IMG/VR virus record: IMGVR_UViG_3300030116_000339
Coordinates: 1 to 25,424 of that record
Reading direction: 5' to 3' (one strand)
Length of the DNA stretch: 25,424 nucleotides
Source: a virus
Taxonomy: Duplodnaviria > Caudoviricetes
In this document: positions 15,804 through 25,222 of the stretch, in pieces
Position numbering within the stretch: the stretch's first letter is position 1
Layout of the letters: each line of letters starts with the position of its first letter
Position numbers and translations under genes: made by a program
Notes under the pieces: generated by a model
Told to the model about the DNA's origin: nothing
Database searches by the model: none
What the model saw: the letters and a program-made list of their open reading frames with translations, nothing else

Positions 15804-18760
15804 TGTCAATACAAGTTAAAGAACCTACGATAGATAAAAATATACTTGATGCTGCTCCTGTTGAGCCACCTATGGAGCCTGTAGTAGAAGATGTAGTCAT
15901 TGAAGATCCATCACAGATTACCGAGCAAGAAACAAACATTGTAAATACTGACAATACCCAAGGTGAAATAAAACTTGCTGGTATGGGCAAGGTAGTAGTT
16001 GATGCAATGAAGAGTGCTAAAGATGCAGTAGTTGATAAAGTATCTGATACAGTTCTAAGTTCAGAGAAAAAAGTATACGGCTCTATGAAGGCTACAGAAG
16101 AAATAACTGACATGGGTAATTATCTTTTAGTTAAGCCAACTGAAAACATAGATTTAAATGACTTATTAAATACAATAACAGAAGGTAAAAATCCCGGTAT
16201 TAACTTTGTTACATTAGGTGAGAAACTTACCTCAGATGAAAGTCTAAGGGCTGTGTTTGCTTTTGATCAATACGATCAGAACCTAGCTGGTTTTATGGAG
16301 CAAGTTAAATTAGCTAACAAAGAATTATTTACAAAATTAAGAAGAGATACAGTTACAGTAGAGGCAGCAACAAAGTTAGCTGAAGATAATGGTTTATATA
16401 ATGTAATTTTAAAAATGGCTGGACGTAAACCGGGTGAAGTATTACCAGCCGAAGATACATTAGGTGCTATTATTGGTTTAGTTAATATAAGTGAGTTAGC
16501 CCAACAAGCATCAAGAAAAGCGTTACAATCTGGTGATCGTACTGATCAATTAGTAGCCTTTCAACTTATATCATTTACGTCACGATTGTCAGCATCATTA
16601 TCTGGTAATGTTAGTGAATATGCTAGAGGTATGAGTACATTACGTCATGCTGGTAAGATTACACCAAGTGGTAATATACAAGCCTACACCGATCATTTAA
16701 ATGAATTACTAGATCGTTTTGAAAGCCCGGATGATATAGATACTTTACTTGATTACTATGTAAGAGTGCCAAAAAATGTACGTCCTATATTTGCCAAGCA
16801 ATCATTAATGTCAAGATCTACAGATGCTATAATAGAAATATGGCTTAACTCTATTCTTACTAGCCCAGTAACACATATGGTCAACATGGCTGGCAACAGT
16901 ATATTCCAAGGTTTAAAGGTTATGGAAACTGGGTTGGCTGGTGGCATTGGTGCTGTAAGAACTACAATAACCGGGGCTGACAATACAGACCGTGTTTTAA
17001 TGGGCGAGGCTTTAGCAAGTTTACATGGAATACATAATTCTTTTTTTGATGCCTTTATTCTTTCTAGCAAGGCTCTGTGGGAAGAACAGCCTGTTATGGA
17101 TGGTAGTAAGCTAGATTTAGGTAATAACCGTGCTATAGGCTCTACAGGCAATATAACTGAAATTATGGATAAACTTAAAAATAAAGATTTTGTTCCAGCC
17201 TTTGTTGACGGTCTAGGTGTTTATTTTAGAATGTCTGGCAGAGCATTAGTTGGTGAAGATGAGTTTTTTAAGGTTATAGCTATGAGAGCCTCTATAGCTA
17301 AACAAGCGTACCGAAAATCTATTATAGCGTATGATGATGCAATAAAGGGTGGGCTATCTAAAGAAGATGCTATGCTAAAATCTAAGACTGTTTACGCAGA
17401 AACATTTACAAATCCACCTATGGATGTATTTGAGGCTGGAGCAAAAGAGGCAAAAGAGTTAACTTTCCAAGGTGATCTAGATGGGTTCTTTGGTAGCCTC
17501 GCCCCTACTATGAACCATCCTATAGCCAAGCTGCTTGTTCCTTTTTATAAAACACCAGTAAATATTTTTACCGAGGTCTTTGATCGTTCATTACCTTTTA
17601 ATGTTATAAATAAATTTAAGAATGGAACCGGGCGAGAAAAAGATGAGGCAATGGCAAAGATTACTATGGGTGCTGGTATTGGTTATACAGTATCTAGTTT
17701 AGTATCTGGAGCAGCTAGTGAAGACTTTTTCTGTACAGGATCTGGTCCAACTGATCGTGGTGCGAAACAAGCATTAGATCGTTTAAATATTCCTAGATAC
17801 TCTTGTACTTTTAAAATGGATGATGGCACAATGAGATCGGTTACTTTCTCACGCTTTGATCCAGTATCTGGTTTATTAGCTATGGCTGTAGACTACGCTT
17901 ACTTTGTACAGCATGAAGATGACCCGGATGTATTATTAGAAATGGCTACGGCTTTTACGTTAGCTACAACTGATTACATAGACCAGCATCCTATGATGCA
18001 AGGTTTATCTGACATGACTAAAATAATAATGAAACCTAATCCTAATATGTCTGGCGAAGAAAGGTTTGAAAGATTTGTAGAACTTGTATCAGAGAAAGTA
18101 TCACAAGTAGCCTTTGCACTAGCACCAACACAACAATCATACATACCATCAAATTCATCATGGTCAGCAACTAAGGAAAGAATAATGTATCCAGAGGCAT
18201 CTAATACAATGCTCCCAGAAGGATATACTGAGTTGCCCCCAGCTATGAGAGGATTTTATTTAGCCCTTCAAAAAGCTAAGTCTAGAAATCCTTTATTTAG
18301 TCCAGAGTTACCACCACAATTAAATTTATGGGGCGAGGCTAGAATACAAGGTAATGGCATGGGATGGGAATGGTATTCGCCTGTACATATTCGAGATAAA
18401 AAATATAACGCTGTTGATGAAGAAATAATTGCTTTAGGTAATGCCGGGGCAAGTGGACCATTAATGCCTAATAAGAAAATAGATAAGGTTCTATTAACGG
18501 CACAAGAATACAACGACATGATTATGTTATTTAATACTGTAGACGGTAGAGGACGTTTTCAAGAAGATACAGGATATGATGCTACAACAACTATACTGCC
18601 TACTCTCGATAAACTTATAAAGTCTGATATGTATAAGTTAGAACCGTTAGCTGAAGAAAGAATGAAGATGATTAAGGATCTTATTTCTGAGTATATGGGC
18701 GAGGCTAGAGATTATTTAATAGAAAGAACACCAAGATTGAGGGCAAGAATAGTAAGATGA
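15803..18760 (+). CDS. Large internal virion (ejection) protein, T7 gp16-like / large polyvalent-type C-terminus
   Basis: 985 aa; NSILTSP.TH..N..GN, DEFFK, PFYKTPVN, SRFDP motifs; last gene before the tail fibre. Confidence 0.8.
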   Translation: MSIQVKEPTIDKNILDAAPVEPPMEPVVEDVVIEDPSQITEQETNIVNTDNTQGEIKLAGMGKVVVDAMKSAKDAVVDKVSDTVLSSEKKVYGSMKATEEITDMGNYLLVKPTENIDLNDLLNTITEGKNPGINFVTLGEKLTSDESLRAVFAFDQYDQNLAGFMEQVKLANKELFTKLRRDTVTVEAATKLAEDNGLYNVILKMAGRKPGEVLPAEDTLGAIIGLVNISELAQQASRKALQSGDRTDQLVAFQLISFTSRLSASLSGNVSEYARGMSTLRHAGKITPSGNIQAYTDHLNELLDRFESPDDIDTLLDYYVRVPKNVRPIFAKQSLMSRSTDAIIEIWLNSILTSPVTHMVNMAGNSIFQGLKVMETGLAGGIGAVRTTITGADNTDRVLMGEALASLHGIHNSFFDAFILSSKALWEEQPVMDGSKLDLGNNRAIGSTGNITEIMDKLKNKDFVPAFVDGLGVYFRMSGRALVGEDEFFKVIAMRASIAKQAYRKSIIAYDDAIKGGLSKEDAMLKSKTVYAETFTNPPMDVFEAGAKEAKELTFQGDLDGFFGSLAPTMNHPIAKLLVPFYKTPVNIFTEVFDRSLPFNVINKFKNGTGREKDEAMAKITMGAGIGYTVSSLVSGAASEDFFCTGSGPTDRGAKQALDRLNIPRYSCTFKMDDGTMRSVTFSRFDPVSGLLAMAVDYAYFVQHEDDPDVLLEMATAFTLATTDYIDQHPMMQGLSDMTKIIMKPNPNMSGEERFERFVELVSEKVSQVAFALAPTQQSYIPSNSSWSATKERIMYPEASNTMLPEGYTELPPAMRGFYLALQKAKSRNPLFSPELPPQLNLWGEARIQGNGMGWEWYSPVHIRDKKYNAVDEEIIALGNAGASGPLMPNKKIDKVLLTAQEYNDMIMLFNTVDGRGRFQEDTGYDATTTILPTLDKLIKSDMYKLEPLAEERMKMIKDLISEYMGEARDYLIERTPRLRARIVR

Positions 18761-18770
18761 TAAGTGACTT

Positions 18771-18801
18771 TTTAACAAACTTAGTGTACAAAGGCTATAT
18801 A
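18771..18801 (+). promoter_or_regulatory. Motif copy 3 / candidate promoter upstream of the tail fibre genes
   Basis: GTACAAAGGCTATAT at 18786-18800 (13/15 to copy 2), including a CTATAT -10-like hexamer; TTTAAC/TTAACA 18 nt upstream. Confidence 0.4.
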
Positions 18802-18814
18802 GAGGTCTAGAGTT

Positions 18815-20548
18815 ATGACAAGTGTAGATGTAAATGACGTATTAAAAAGAACGCAATCGACAGCGAATGGTTCGACTACGGATTTTAGTTTTTCTTTTCA
18901 AGTTAACAATACAAATGAGATTAAGGTTTACGAAGATAGTACTTTAAAAACTGAAGGCACTCATTACGACATTGTAGATAGTTCGGCTAGTGCTGGTCTT
19001 AATGCTAATGGAACCGGGGTTGTTAAATTTAAAACTAGCCCTACTGATTATACACCGGCTAATAACAAAGTAATTACGATACTATCAGTAATGAGTATAG
19101 CAAGATCATCTGTATATTCATCTGGTGGTAATATTACGGCTGCATCTCTTGAGGCAGATTTTGATAGATTACATCGAGTAGTTGGAGATTTTAAAGAAGT
19201 TAAAAGCCGTACACTTATAGCCCCGGAATACTCTGCTACTGATATAGATATGACGATACCAGCCAAGGCAACTAGAGCCGGGAAACTATTAGGATTTAAT
19301 GCATCTACGGGTAATCCAGAAGCATCGTTTACTGTAGCTGACGGTACTACATTGGCATCAATAAGTTCTGACATAGCGACACTAGCAGATATAGAAGATG
19401 GTACAGATGCTACAGATGCTATCAGTACGTTAGCACCAAAGGCTACACAAATTGGTTTATTAGGTAACTCAACCACAGTATCTAATATGAATTTGCTAGG
19501 CGTATCGGGTGTAATAACTGATATGGGATTGTTAGGCACAAGTGCTGTCGTAACCGATATGGATTTACTTGCGACATCAGACAACATAACTGCAATGGGT
19601 CATCTTGGAACGTCAGCTAATGTTACTGCTATGGGTCTACTTGGTACAAGTGCTGTTGTAGAAGATATGGGTTTTTTAGGAACCTCTGCCAACGTAACAG
19701 CGATGGGTCATTTAGGAACAAGTGCAAATGTCACAGCAATGGGATTGCTAGGTACGAGCGATGTAGTAGCTGATCTTGCTTTATTAGGTACAAGTGACGT
19801 AGTGGCTGATATGGCATTATTAGCTGATAGTGCAGTTATTGCTGATATGGCGTTACTTGCTAATAGTGATGTAATAGCTGACATGGCTTTACTGGCTTCG
19901 TCAGATGTTATTGCAGATATGAATACTCTAGCTACATCAGATATAATTAGCGATCTTAACACTTTAGCAACATCTGACATTGTTTCAGATATAAATGCTT
20001 TAGCAACATCTGCTATTATAGAGGACCTAAATTTACTAGCCAACAGTAGTGTCATAGCAGACATGGCTACCTTGGCTGGTGGTGGTGCTAATCCAAACAT
20101 AACTAGCGTGACAGCAAGTGGCACAGTATCGGCTGGTAATATAGTTGTTACTGAAGATGGTACTATTGTATTTGAGGGTGCTACAGATAACGCTAATGAA
20201 ACAACATTGACGGTAGCTGATCCTTCCGGGGATAGAACTATTACTTTACCAGATGCTACAGGCACGGTGGTATTAGCAGATGCGACACAAACATTAACAA
20301 ATAAATCTATAGTAGCAACGCAGCTTACAGGAACAATAGATAATGCCCGGTTAAATTTTTCATTTGGAATTAGTGATGGCAATGTACCAACTTTTACAAG
20401 TGGTGTTGCTGATGATGATTTTTTAAGAGTGAACGGTACTAACATTGAAGGTCGAAGTGCATCTGAGGTAGCTACAGATATTGGTGCTGTATCGGCTGGA
20501 TTTGCTATTGCTATGGCTGTGGCTTTAGCACCGTTTAAGGATTTATAG
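18815..20548 (+). CDS. Tail fibre protein (T7 gp17-like N-terminal anchor, repeat shaft)
   Basis: NGSTTDFSFSF...LEADFDRL N-terminus; DRTITLPDATGTV; ATQTLTNK; AIAMAVAL near the C-terminus. Confidence 0.9.
   Translation: MTSVDVNDVLKRTQSTANGSTTDFSFSFQVNNTNEIKVYEDSTLKTEGTHYDIVDSSASAGLNANGTGVVKFKTSPTDYTPANNKVITILSVMSIARSSVYSSGGNITAASLEADFDRLHRVVGDFKEVKSRTLIAPEYSATDIDMTIPAKATRAGKLLGFNASTGNPEASFTVADGTTLASISSDIATLADIEDGTDATDAISTLAPKATQIGLLGNSTTVSNMNLLGVSGVITDMGLLGTSAVVTDMDLLATSDNITAMGHLGTSANVTAMGLLGTSAVVEDMGFLGTSANVTAMGHLGTSANVTAMGLLGTSDVVADLALLGTSDVVADMALLADSAVIADMALLANSDVIADMALLASSDVIADMNTLATSDIISDLNTLATSDIVSDINALATSAIIEDLNLLANSSVIADMATLAGGGANPNITSVTASGTVSAGNIVVTEDGTIVFEGATDNANETTLTVADPSGDRTITLPDATGTVVLADATQTLTNKSIVATQLTGTIDNARLNFSFGISDGNVPTFTSGVADDDFLRVNGTNIEGRSASEVATDIGAVSAGFAIAMAVALAPFKDL
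19454..20065 (+). repeat. 17 tandem 12-aa (36-nt) repeats within the tail fibre, consensus xLLxTSxVVxDM
   Basis: From GLLGNSTTVSNM through NLLANSSVIADM. Confidence 0.9.
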
Positions 20549-20557
20549 GAGATATAA

Positions 20558-20893
20558 ATGGCTCAAGATTTTGAACGAACACTTACCAAAGATATAGACG
20601 CTAGTCTGACCGATATAAGGGCTGTCAGCGATAGTGATGATGCTGTCGTAGGGTTAAGGCTAGTCAATACATCAACGTCAACTATAACGGCTGACGTAGC
20701 GATTACGAATAGTGGCAACACGGTCCAAGCATACATAATTAAAAATGCACCGATACCGAGTGGATCATCATTAGAGTTGATAGATGGTGGTGCGAAGATA
20801 GTCTTACAATCTGGTGATAAGTTAAGAGCTAAATCTGATGCGACAGATAGCATGGATACCATCGTATCAGTAGTAGATGCGATTAGTACATAG
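20558..20893 (+). CDS. Small beta-sandwich tail-fibre adaptor-type structural protein
   Basis: SD AGGAG; YIIKNAPIPSGSSLELI...KIVLQSGDKL pattern, commonly found after AIAMAIAL-ending fibres. Confidence 0.7.
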   Translation: MAQDFERTLTKDIDASLTDIRAVSDSDDAVVGLRLVNTSTSTITADVAITNSGNTVQAYIIKNAPIPSGSSLELIDGGAKIVLQSGDKLRAKSDATDSMDTIVSVVDAIST

Positions 20894-20902
20894 GAGTAAA
20901 GT

Positions 20903-21754
20903 ATGGGTCACGTTGGTAAAACAGTAACACAGAATATAGTCAGTGGCAGTGAGATAACTGATGGTACAGTTACTGGTGCAGATTTAGCGAGTGACATTGC
21001 GATAAGTACAAGTGGTGCAATAACAACTACTGGTGCTTTTACCTCTAAAGGCATTGATGACAATGCTGATGCTGTAGCTATAACTATAGATACTTCAGAA
21101 AACGTAGGTATTGGAACTACAAGTCCTCATGCAGATTTACATATTCAAAATGAAACTGGAACTAACACAGGTTCAACAGAATTAAATTTATGGGTTAATG
21201 ATAACAGAGGAAGAAGTAAATTTAATTTAAAATCTACTGATGATGGCACTGACATTGGCACATTTAAATTAACCACAGAAAGCACAGTACCAAGTAGTTC
21301 AGATTTATTAATTATGAATAATCAAGGTATTATGACTATACCAAATCAAGTTTATGTACAAGCAAAGGGTAATGGCACAAGACATACTCAAACTTCTGCA
21401 AACACAGATACAGCATTAAATTTTAGTGAAGTAACAGATAATACAAATTCATTTAATACAAGTGGTGGAATTTTTACAGCACCAGTAGCTGGAAGATATT
21501 TTATTCACTATTATGCATCACAAAAATCAAACACAAGTTACATAGGATTAACTCTAAAACACAATAGTACAACAATAGCTAGAGATTATAATGAGTTGCC
21601 AAATATAAGTGCTGATTGGGTTTCACAACAAGTAACAGTTATTCTTAACATGGGAGCAAGTGATACAGTTAGACCATATATGAATACTGGAGGAACAAAT
21701 GGTCAATCATTAGAAAACGAATATCGTGGATGTTCAATATATTTATTAGGATAA
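20903..21754 (+). CDS. Secondary tail fibre / receptor-binding protein with C-terminal gC1q-like domain
   Basis: NVGIGTTSP beta-repeat; FNTSGGIFTAPVAGRYFIHY is the C1q FTAP..G.Y.F motif. Confidence 0.8.
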   Translation: MGHVGKTVTQNIVSGSEITDGTVTGADLASDIAISTSGAITTTGAFTSKGIDDNADAVAITIDTSENVGIGTTSPHADLHIQNETGTNTGSTELNLWVNDNRGRSKFNLKSTDDGTDIGTFKLTTESTVPSSSDLLIMNNQGIMTIPNQVYVQAKGNGTRHTQTSANTDTALNFSEVTDNTNSFNTSGGIFTAPVAGRYFIHYYASQKSNTSYIGLTLKHNSTTIARDYNELPNISADWVSQQVTVILNMGASDTVRPYMNTGGTNGQSLENEYRGCSIYLLG

Positions 21755-21773
21755 AATAATAGAAGGAAAAAAT

Positions 21774-22046
21774 ATGGCAGATTATACTGTAAAATTAACA
21801 GACACAGAGGACAAGGCTATGTCTTATTGTGCTTTTGACACTCAAGATTGGGTAGACAATGCTCTTAAAAATAGAGCAAGACAAGCTAAAGATGAAATCA
21901 TAGAACTAAACATGAAACATTGCAATGCTAATGGAATAGCAATAGCTACTGGTGAAGATAAACAAATAGAACAAGCGTTTACTTTAAAGGTTGTTAAGAC
22001 AGCTAAAGAACGTGAAGCAGAATTAAAGTTACCAAGTGGAGATTAA
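21774..22046 (+). CDS. Putative fibre-associated chaperone/tip protein
   Basis: 90 aa helical protein after the C1q fibre; SD AAGGA. Confidence 0.6.
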   Translation: MADYTVKLTDTEDKAMSYCAFDTQDWVDNALKNRARQAKDEIIELNMKHCNANGIAIATGEDKQIEQAFTLKVVKTAKEREAELKLPSGD

Positions 22047-22050
22047 TTAG

Positions 22051-23145
22051 ATGCCATACATAGGTAAAGGTGCAAACGGATTTGGAATAAGAGAAAGGTA
22101 TCGCTTTTCTGCTAGTGGTAGCCAAACTGCATTTACTGGCAGTGACCTTGATAGTAAGACACTTCAGATAGACAGTGGTTCACTTGTAGACGTATATCTT
22201 AATGGTGTTCTTCTGGACACGGCAGATTACAATACCAACACGGCTAATACAATAACCCTTACATCTGGTGCTTCAGCTTCTGATGAAGTGATGATTATAG
22301 TGTATGATGTCTTTAGCTTATCTGATGCTTTAAGTAAGTCTGGTGGAGCGATGTCTGGAAGTATAACTAATTTTACTTCTACTGGAATAGATGACAATGC
22401 AGATGCAACAACAATTACACTTGATGCAAACGAAGATATAACTGCATCTAATGGGATGTATGTTTCTGGTGATTTAACATCTTTGACAGTAGATAAAGGT
22501 GGAATTGATAGGAGTGGTAATACCACAAGAATTATAAGTGCAAGGTCTGGTGGTAACTTCGCAGATATGTCAATTAATGTTGCTGGTGTAGATAAATCTG
22601 ATGGCAACAGTGGGATGAACAGATGTCTTTACATAGATTATCAAGGTAACACTACAATAGACCAAGGCAATCTAGTTATAGGCACAAGTGGCAAGGGAAT
22701 TAGTTTTTCAGCAACGGCTGATGGAAGTGGCGCAAATCAATCAGAATTATTAGACGATTATGAACAAGGAACTTGGACACCTACTCTTGTTAATGGTGGT
22801 AGTGTAACTGTAAGTAATGCAAGATACACAAAAATAGGTCAACTAGTATATGCTGGAACATACAGTGGTTTTAGTTCAATACCTAATAATAGTAGTAGAT
22901 TAGAAATAGGTGGTTTACCCTTTGCTGTTGCTGGTGGAGGTGCATATCATGGTTCTGGTTCTATAAGTTTTGTTAGTACATTTAACTGGAATGGCACAGG
23001 GTCAATAGGAGCGCCAACACCTAATTCTGCACAAAGCTCAGTTTATTTCCATAGAGGTGATGCTAGTAGTGCTAATATTTTAAATTCGGCAGTTACAGGT
23101 TTGTCTGCGTTTATATTTGCTGTTGTTTATATAACAGATAGTTAA
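22051..23145 (+). CDS. Secondary tail fibre / receptor-binding protein
   Basis: MPYIGK start, SQTAF...VDVYLNGVLL..ADY domain, LLDDYEQGTWTP...YTKIGQLV tip. Confidence 0.8.
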   Translation: MPYIGKGANGFGIRERYRFSASGSQTAFTGSDLDSKTLQIDSGSLVDVYLNGVLLDTADYNTNTANTITLTSGASASDEVMIIVYDVFSLSDALSKSGGAMSGSITNFTSTGIDDNADATTITLDANEDITASNGMYVSGDLTSLTVDKGGIDRSGNTTRIISARSGGNFADMSINVAGVDKSDGNSGMNRCLYIDYQGNTTIDQGNLVIGTSGKGISFSATADGSGANQSELLDDYEQGTWTPTLVNGGSVTVSNARYTKIGQLVYAGTYSGFSSIPNNSSRLEIGGLPFAVAGGGAYHGSGSISFVSTFNWNGTGSIGAPTPNSAQSSVYFHRGDASSANILNSAVTGLSAFIFAVVYITDS

Positions 23146-23165
23146 GGATACATAGGAGTAACAAT

Positions 23166-23480
23166 ATGGCACAAGGTGATTTAACAAAAGAGTACGAATA
23201 CGATAAAATAGAAGTCGTATCAACGTGGAACATACAAGTTCGCAAAGCAACAAAGATTATGGAAGAACAGGCAGATGGTTCTAAGAAAGAACTAAATCGT
23301 TCATTTCATCGTCATGTGTTGCACCCATTCAATTCTAATAAAGGTGAAGATGATACATGGACACATACACCAACAGATTTAAGTGGTGAAGATGCAAAGG
23401 TAAAAGCAATAGCTGAAGTTGCTTGGGATAGTGATACCAAGACAGCATACAAAACATTTATAGAAAGTCAGAGTATCTAA
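23166..23480 (+). CDS. Putative tail-fibre assembly chaperone
   Basis: SD AGGAG; DKIEVV...IQVR...SFHRHVL pattern, typically following DDYE.GTWTP fibres. Confidence 0.7.
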   Translation: MAQGDLTKEYEYDKIEVVSTWNIQVRKATKIMEEQADGSKKELNRSFHRHVLHPFNSNKGEDDTWTHTPTDLSGEDAKVKAIAEVAWDSDTKTAYKTFIESQSI

Positions 23481-23481
23481 T

Positions 23482-23985
23482 ATGAGTAATGCACGAAACC
23501 TTGCCAATCTTTTAGGAACTAGCACTACTGTACCTAGTTCTAAAATGATTACTGGTTCAATAATACAAACAGCATATAACAATTTTTGTAGTGCTGATAC
23601 TACCTCTGGTACATCTCTTACAAATACTGGGCTATCAGTAAATATTACTCCCTTATTTCAAAGTTCAGTTTTTATAGTTAATACTTCACAAAATTTTTAT
23701 GTAACTGAAGAACCTGGTACTGATGCTCAAGGTCAATTTGTAGTGCAAAGAACTATAAGTGGTACTGATACTAAAATAAAAGAGGTTGTTGTAGGTGACC
23801 ATACTGGTAATGGCACAAGGTCGACAACATGGGATGAAATTAATTTTATTGTATATGATATACCAAATACTACATCACAGCTAACATATAGGACACAATA
23901 TAAGGTCTATAATACTAGTTATACTGCTGGTGTTCAGACATCTTCACAATGTTCACATATAACAGTTTATGAGATTAAACAATGA
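23482..23985 (+). CDS. Short fibre / receptor-binding tip protein
   Basis: MSNARNLANL start; GSIIQ...TGLSVNITP...PNTTSQLTY...ITVYEI beta-sandwich. Confidence 0.7.
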   Translation: MSNARNLANLLGTSTTVPSSKMITGSIIQTAYNNFCSADTTSGTSLTNTGLSVNITPLFQSSVFIVNTSQNFYVTEEPGTDAQGQFVVQRTISGTDTKIKEVVVGDHTGNGTRSTTWDEINFIVYDIPNTTSQLTYRTQYKVYNTSYTAGVQTSSQCSHITVYEIKQ

Positions 23986-24194
23986 TTACTAATGAAAAAA
24001 TTGCTCAAGCCCTACATAAGTTAAATATTGAAGAATGGAAAATATCTGGTTCACCAAAAAATGAAAGCGAATTTAATTCATGTTTTAAAAAAATTATGTC
24101 TGAAGATAGTAATGGACAAGCAGTATTAAGCACAGACCCAAAAGACTTTGGTGTTACTTGGACACAAATTAAAACTGAGATGGATAAATTATAA
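23982..24194 (+). CDS. Putative chaperone of the preceding tip protein
   Basis: ATGA overlap; 70 aa; DPKDFGVTWTQI. Confidence 0.6.
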   Translation: MITNEKIAQALHKLNIEEWKISGSPKNESEFNSCFKKIMSEDSNGQAVLSTDPKDFGVTWTQIKTEMDKL

Positions 24195-24223
24195 CTTTAA
24201 TGTACAACAACAAAAGGTGACGT

Positions 24224-24370
24224 ATGCCACATATATATGATTTAAATCCCCACTTAGCCCCACCGGGCTGGGGTAAAAAGAAACAGGAACCAAAGAAAAA
24301 AGAACCTAAAAAAGAAGAACCGAAGAAGAAAGGTAGACCAAAGAAAAATGAGCAAGCCGACAATACATGA
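24224..24370 (+). CDS. Lys-rich 48-aa protein with AT-hook-like KKGRPKK (MPHIYDLNPHLAPPGWGKKKQEPKKKEPKKEEPKKKGRPKKNEQADNT), not in the ORF track
   Basis: SD AGGTGA at 24215-24220, ATG 24224, TGA 24368-24370. Confidence 0.6.
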   Translation: MPHIYDLNPHLAPPGWGKKKQEPKKKEPKKEEPKKKGRPKKNEQADNT

Positions 24371-24521
24371 ATTAGATAAACGGCTTACGTCTTTTGAAAC
24401 TGTTTCTATCGAGAGATGGAAGGAAACAATACTGCGTATTAAAAGATTGGAGGGAGTTTTAATAGGTACTGCTGGAACAACTATACTTTTGTTGGTTGGC
24501 ATACTGTTAAGGGGATCTTAG
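24348..24521 (+). CDS. XhlA/holin-like protein, 57 aa (coiled coil plus C-terminal TM), not in the ORF track
   Basis: MSKPTIHELDKRLTSFETVSIERWKETILRIKRLEGVLIGTAGTTILLLVGILLRGS; its stop abuts the next ATG. Confidence 0.65.
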   Translation: MSKPTIHELDKRLTSFETVSIERWKETILRIKRLEGVLIGTAGTTILLLVGILLRGS

Positions 24522-25004
24522 ATGGACCCGGTTACAGCGTTAGCAACAGCGAGTACGGCATTTAGTTTAATTAAAAAAGGTTTTCAAGCTGGCAGAGATG
24601 TTGAGGCTATGTATGGTGATATAGGCAAATGGATGGGAGCCGTATCTGATGTAAACCAAGCAGCCAAAATGTCAAAGAACCCACCTTTATTTAAAAAATT
24701 ATTTGCTGGTTCAAGTGTAGAACAAGAGGCACTCGATGCATATGCTGCAAAAAAGAAAGCAGAAGAGATGGAGAATGAATTGCGTAGTTGGATTAATCTT
24801 GTTCATGGTCCTAACGCATGGAATGACCTACTGAAAATGCAAGCCAAAATTAGAAAGCAAAGACAGGAACAGTTGTATGCACAGGCAGAGTTAAGACAAA
24901 GAATATTTAATATAGTTGGCATTGTACTTCTATGCACAATTATAGGTGGTGTTGTTATGTGGATTGGATATTTATTTTACTTAAAAAGAACGGGTAATTT
25001 ATGA
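24522..25004 (+). CDS. Membrane-anchored hypothetical protein (lysis region)
   Basis: MDPVTALA start, helical body, C-terminal TM IVGIVLLCTIIGGVVMWIGYLF. Confidence 0.75.
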   Translation: MDPVTALATASTAFSLIKKGFQAGRDVEAMYGDIGKWMGAVSDVNQAAKMSKNPPLFKKLFAGSSVEQEALDAYAAKKKAEEMENELRSWINLVHGPNAWNDLLKMQAKIRKQRQEQLYAQAELRQRIFNIVGIVLLCTIIGGVVMWIGYLFYLKRTGNL

Positions 25005-25222
25005 CAAAGATGACAAAGGTAATTGAACAATGGTCACACGCTATTGATAGTCTAAGGATTATACCTAGAGCGTTGATATTACTTTATATGTATTTAACCT
25101 ACTCTACGGTGTTTTGGTATATGGGTTTAGCTGATCCTAGTTTGGAGCAATCCGGGATGGTGTCAGTTATTACTTCAGCACAAGCCGTAGCATTAGGTTT
25201 GTTTTTAGGTAAGTCAAATTGA
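25001..25222 (+). CDS. Two-TM holin-like membrane protein
   Basis: RIIPRALILLYMYL and GMVSVITSAQAVALGLFL hydrophobic segments; ATGA overlap. Confidence 0.6.
   Translation: MTKMTKVIEQWSHAIDSLRIIPRALILLYMYLTYSTVFWYMGLADPSLEQSGMVSVITSAQAVALGLFLGKSN

Noticed and set aside
19454-20065. 36-nt periodicity as a possible CRISPR array
   Set aside because: No identical DNA repeats or unique spacers; conservation is at the protein level inside a CDS.
20903-23985. Diversity-generating retroelement (BPP-1-like gene order)
   Set aside because: No reverse transcriptase and no TR/VR pair differing only at adenines in this window.
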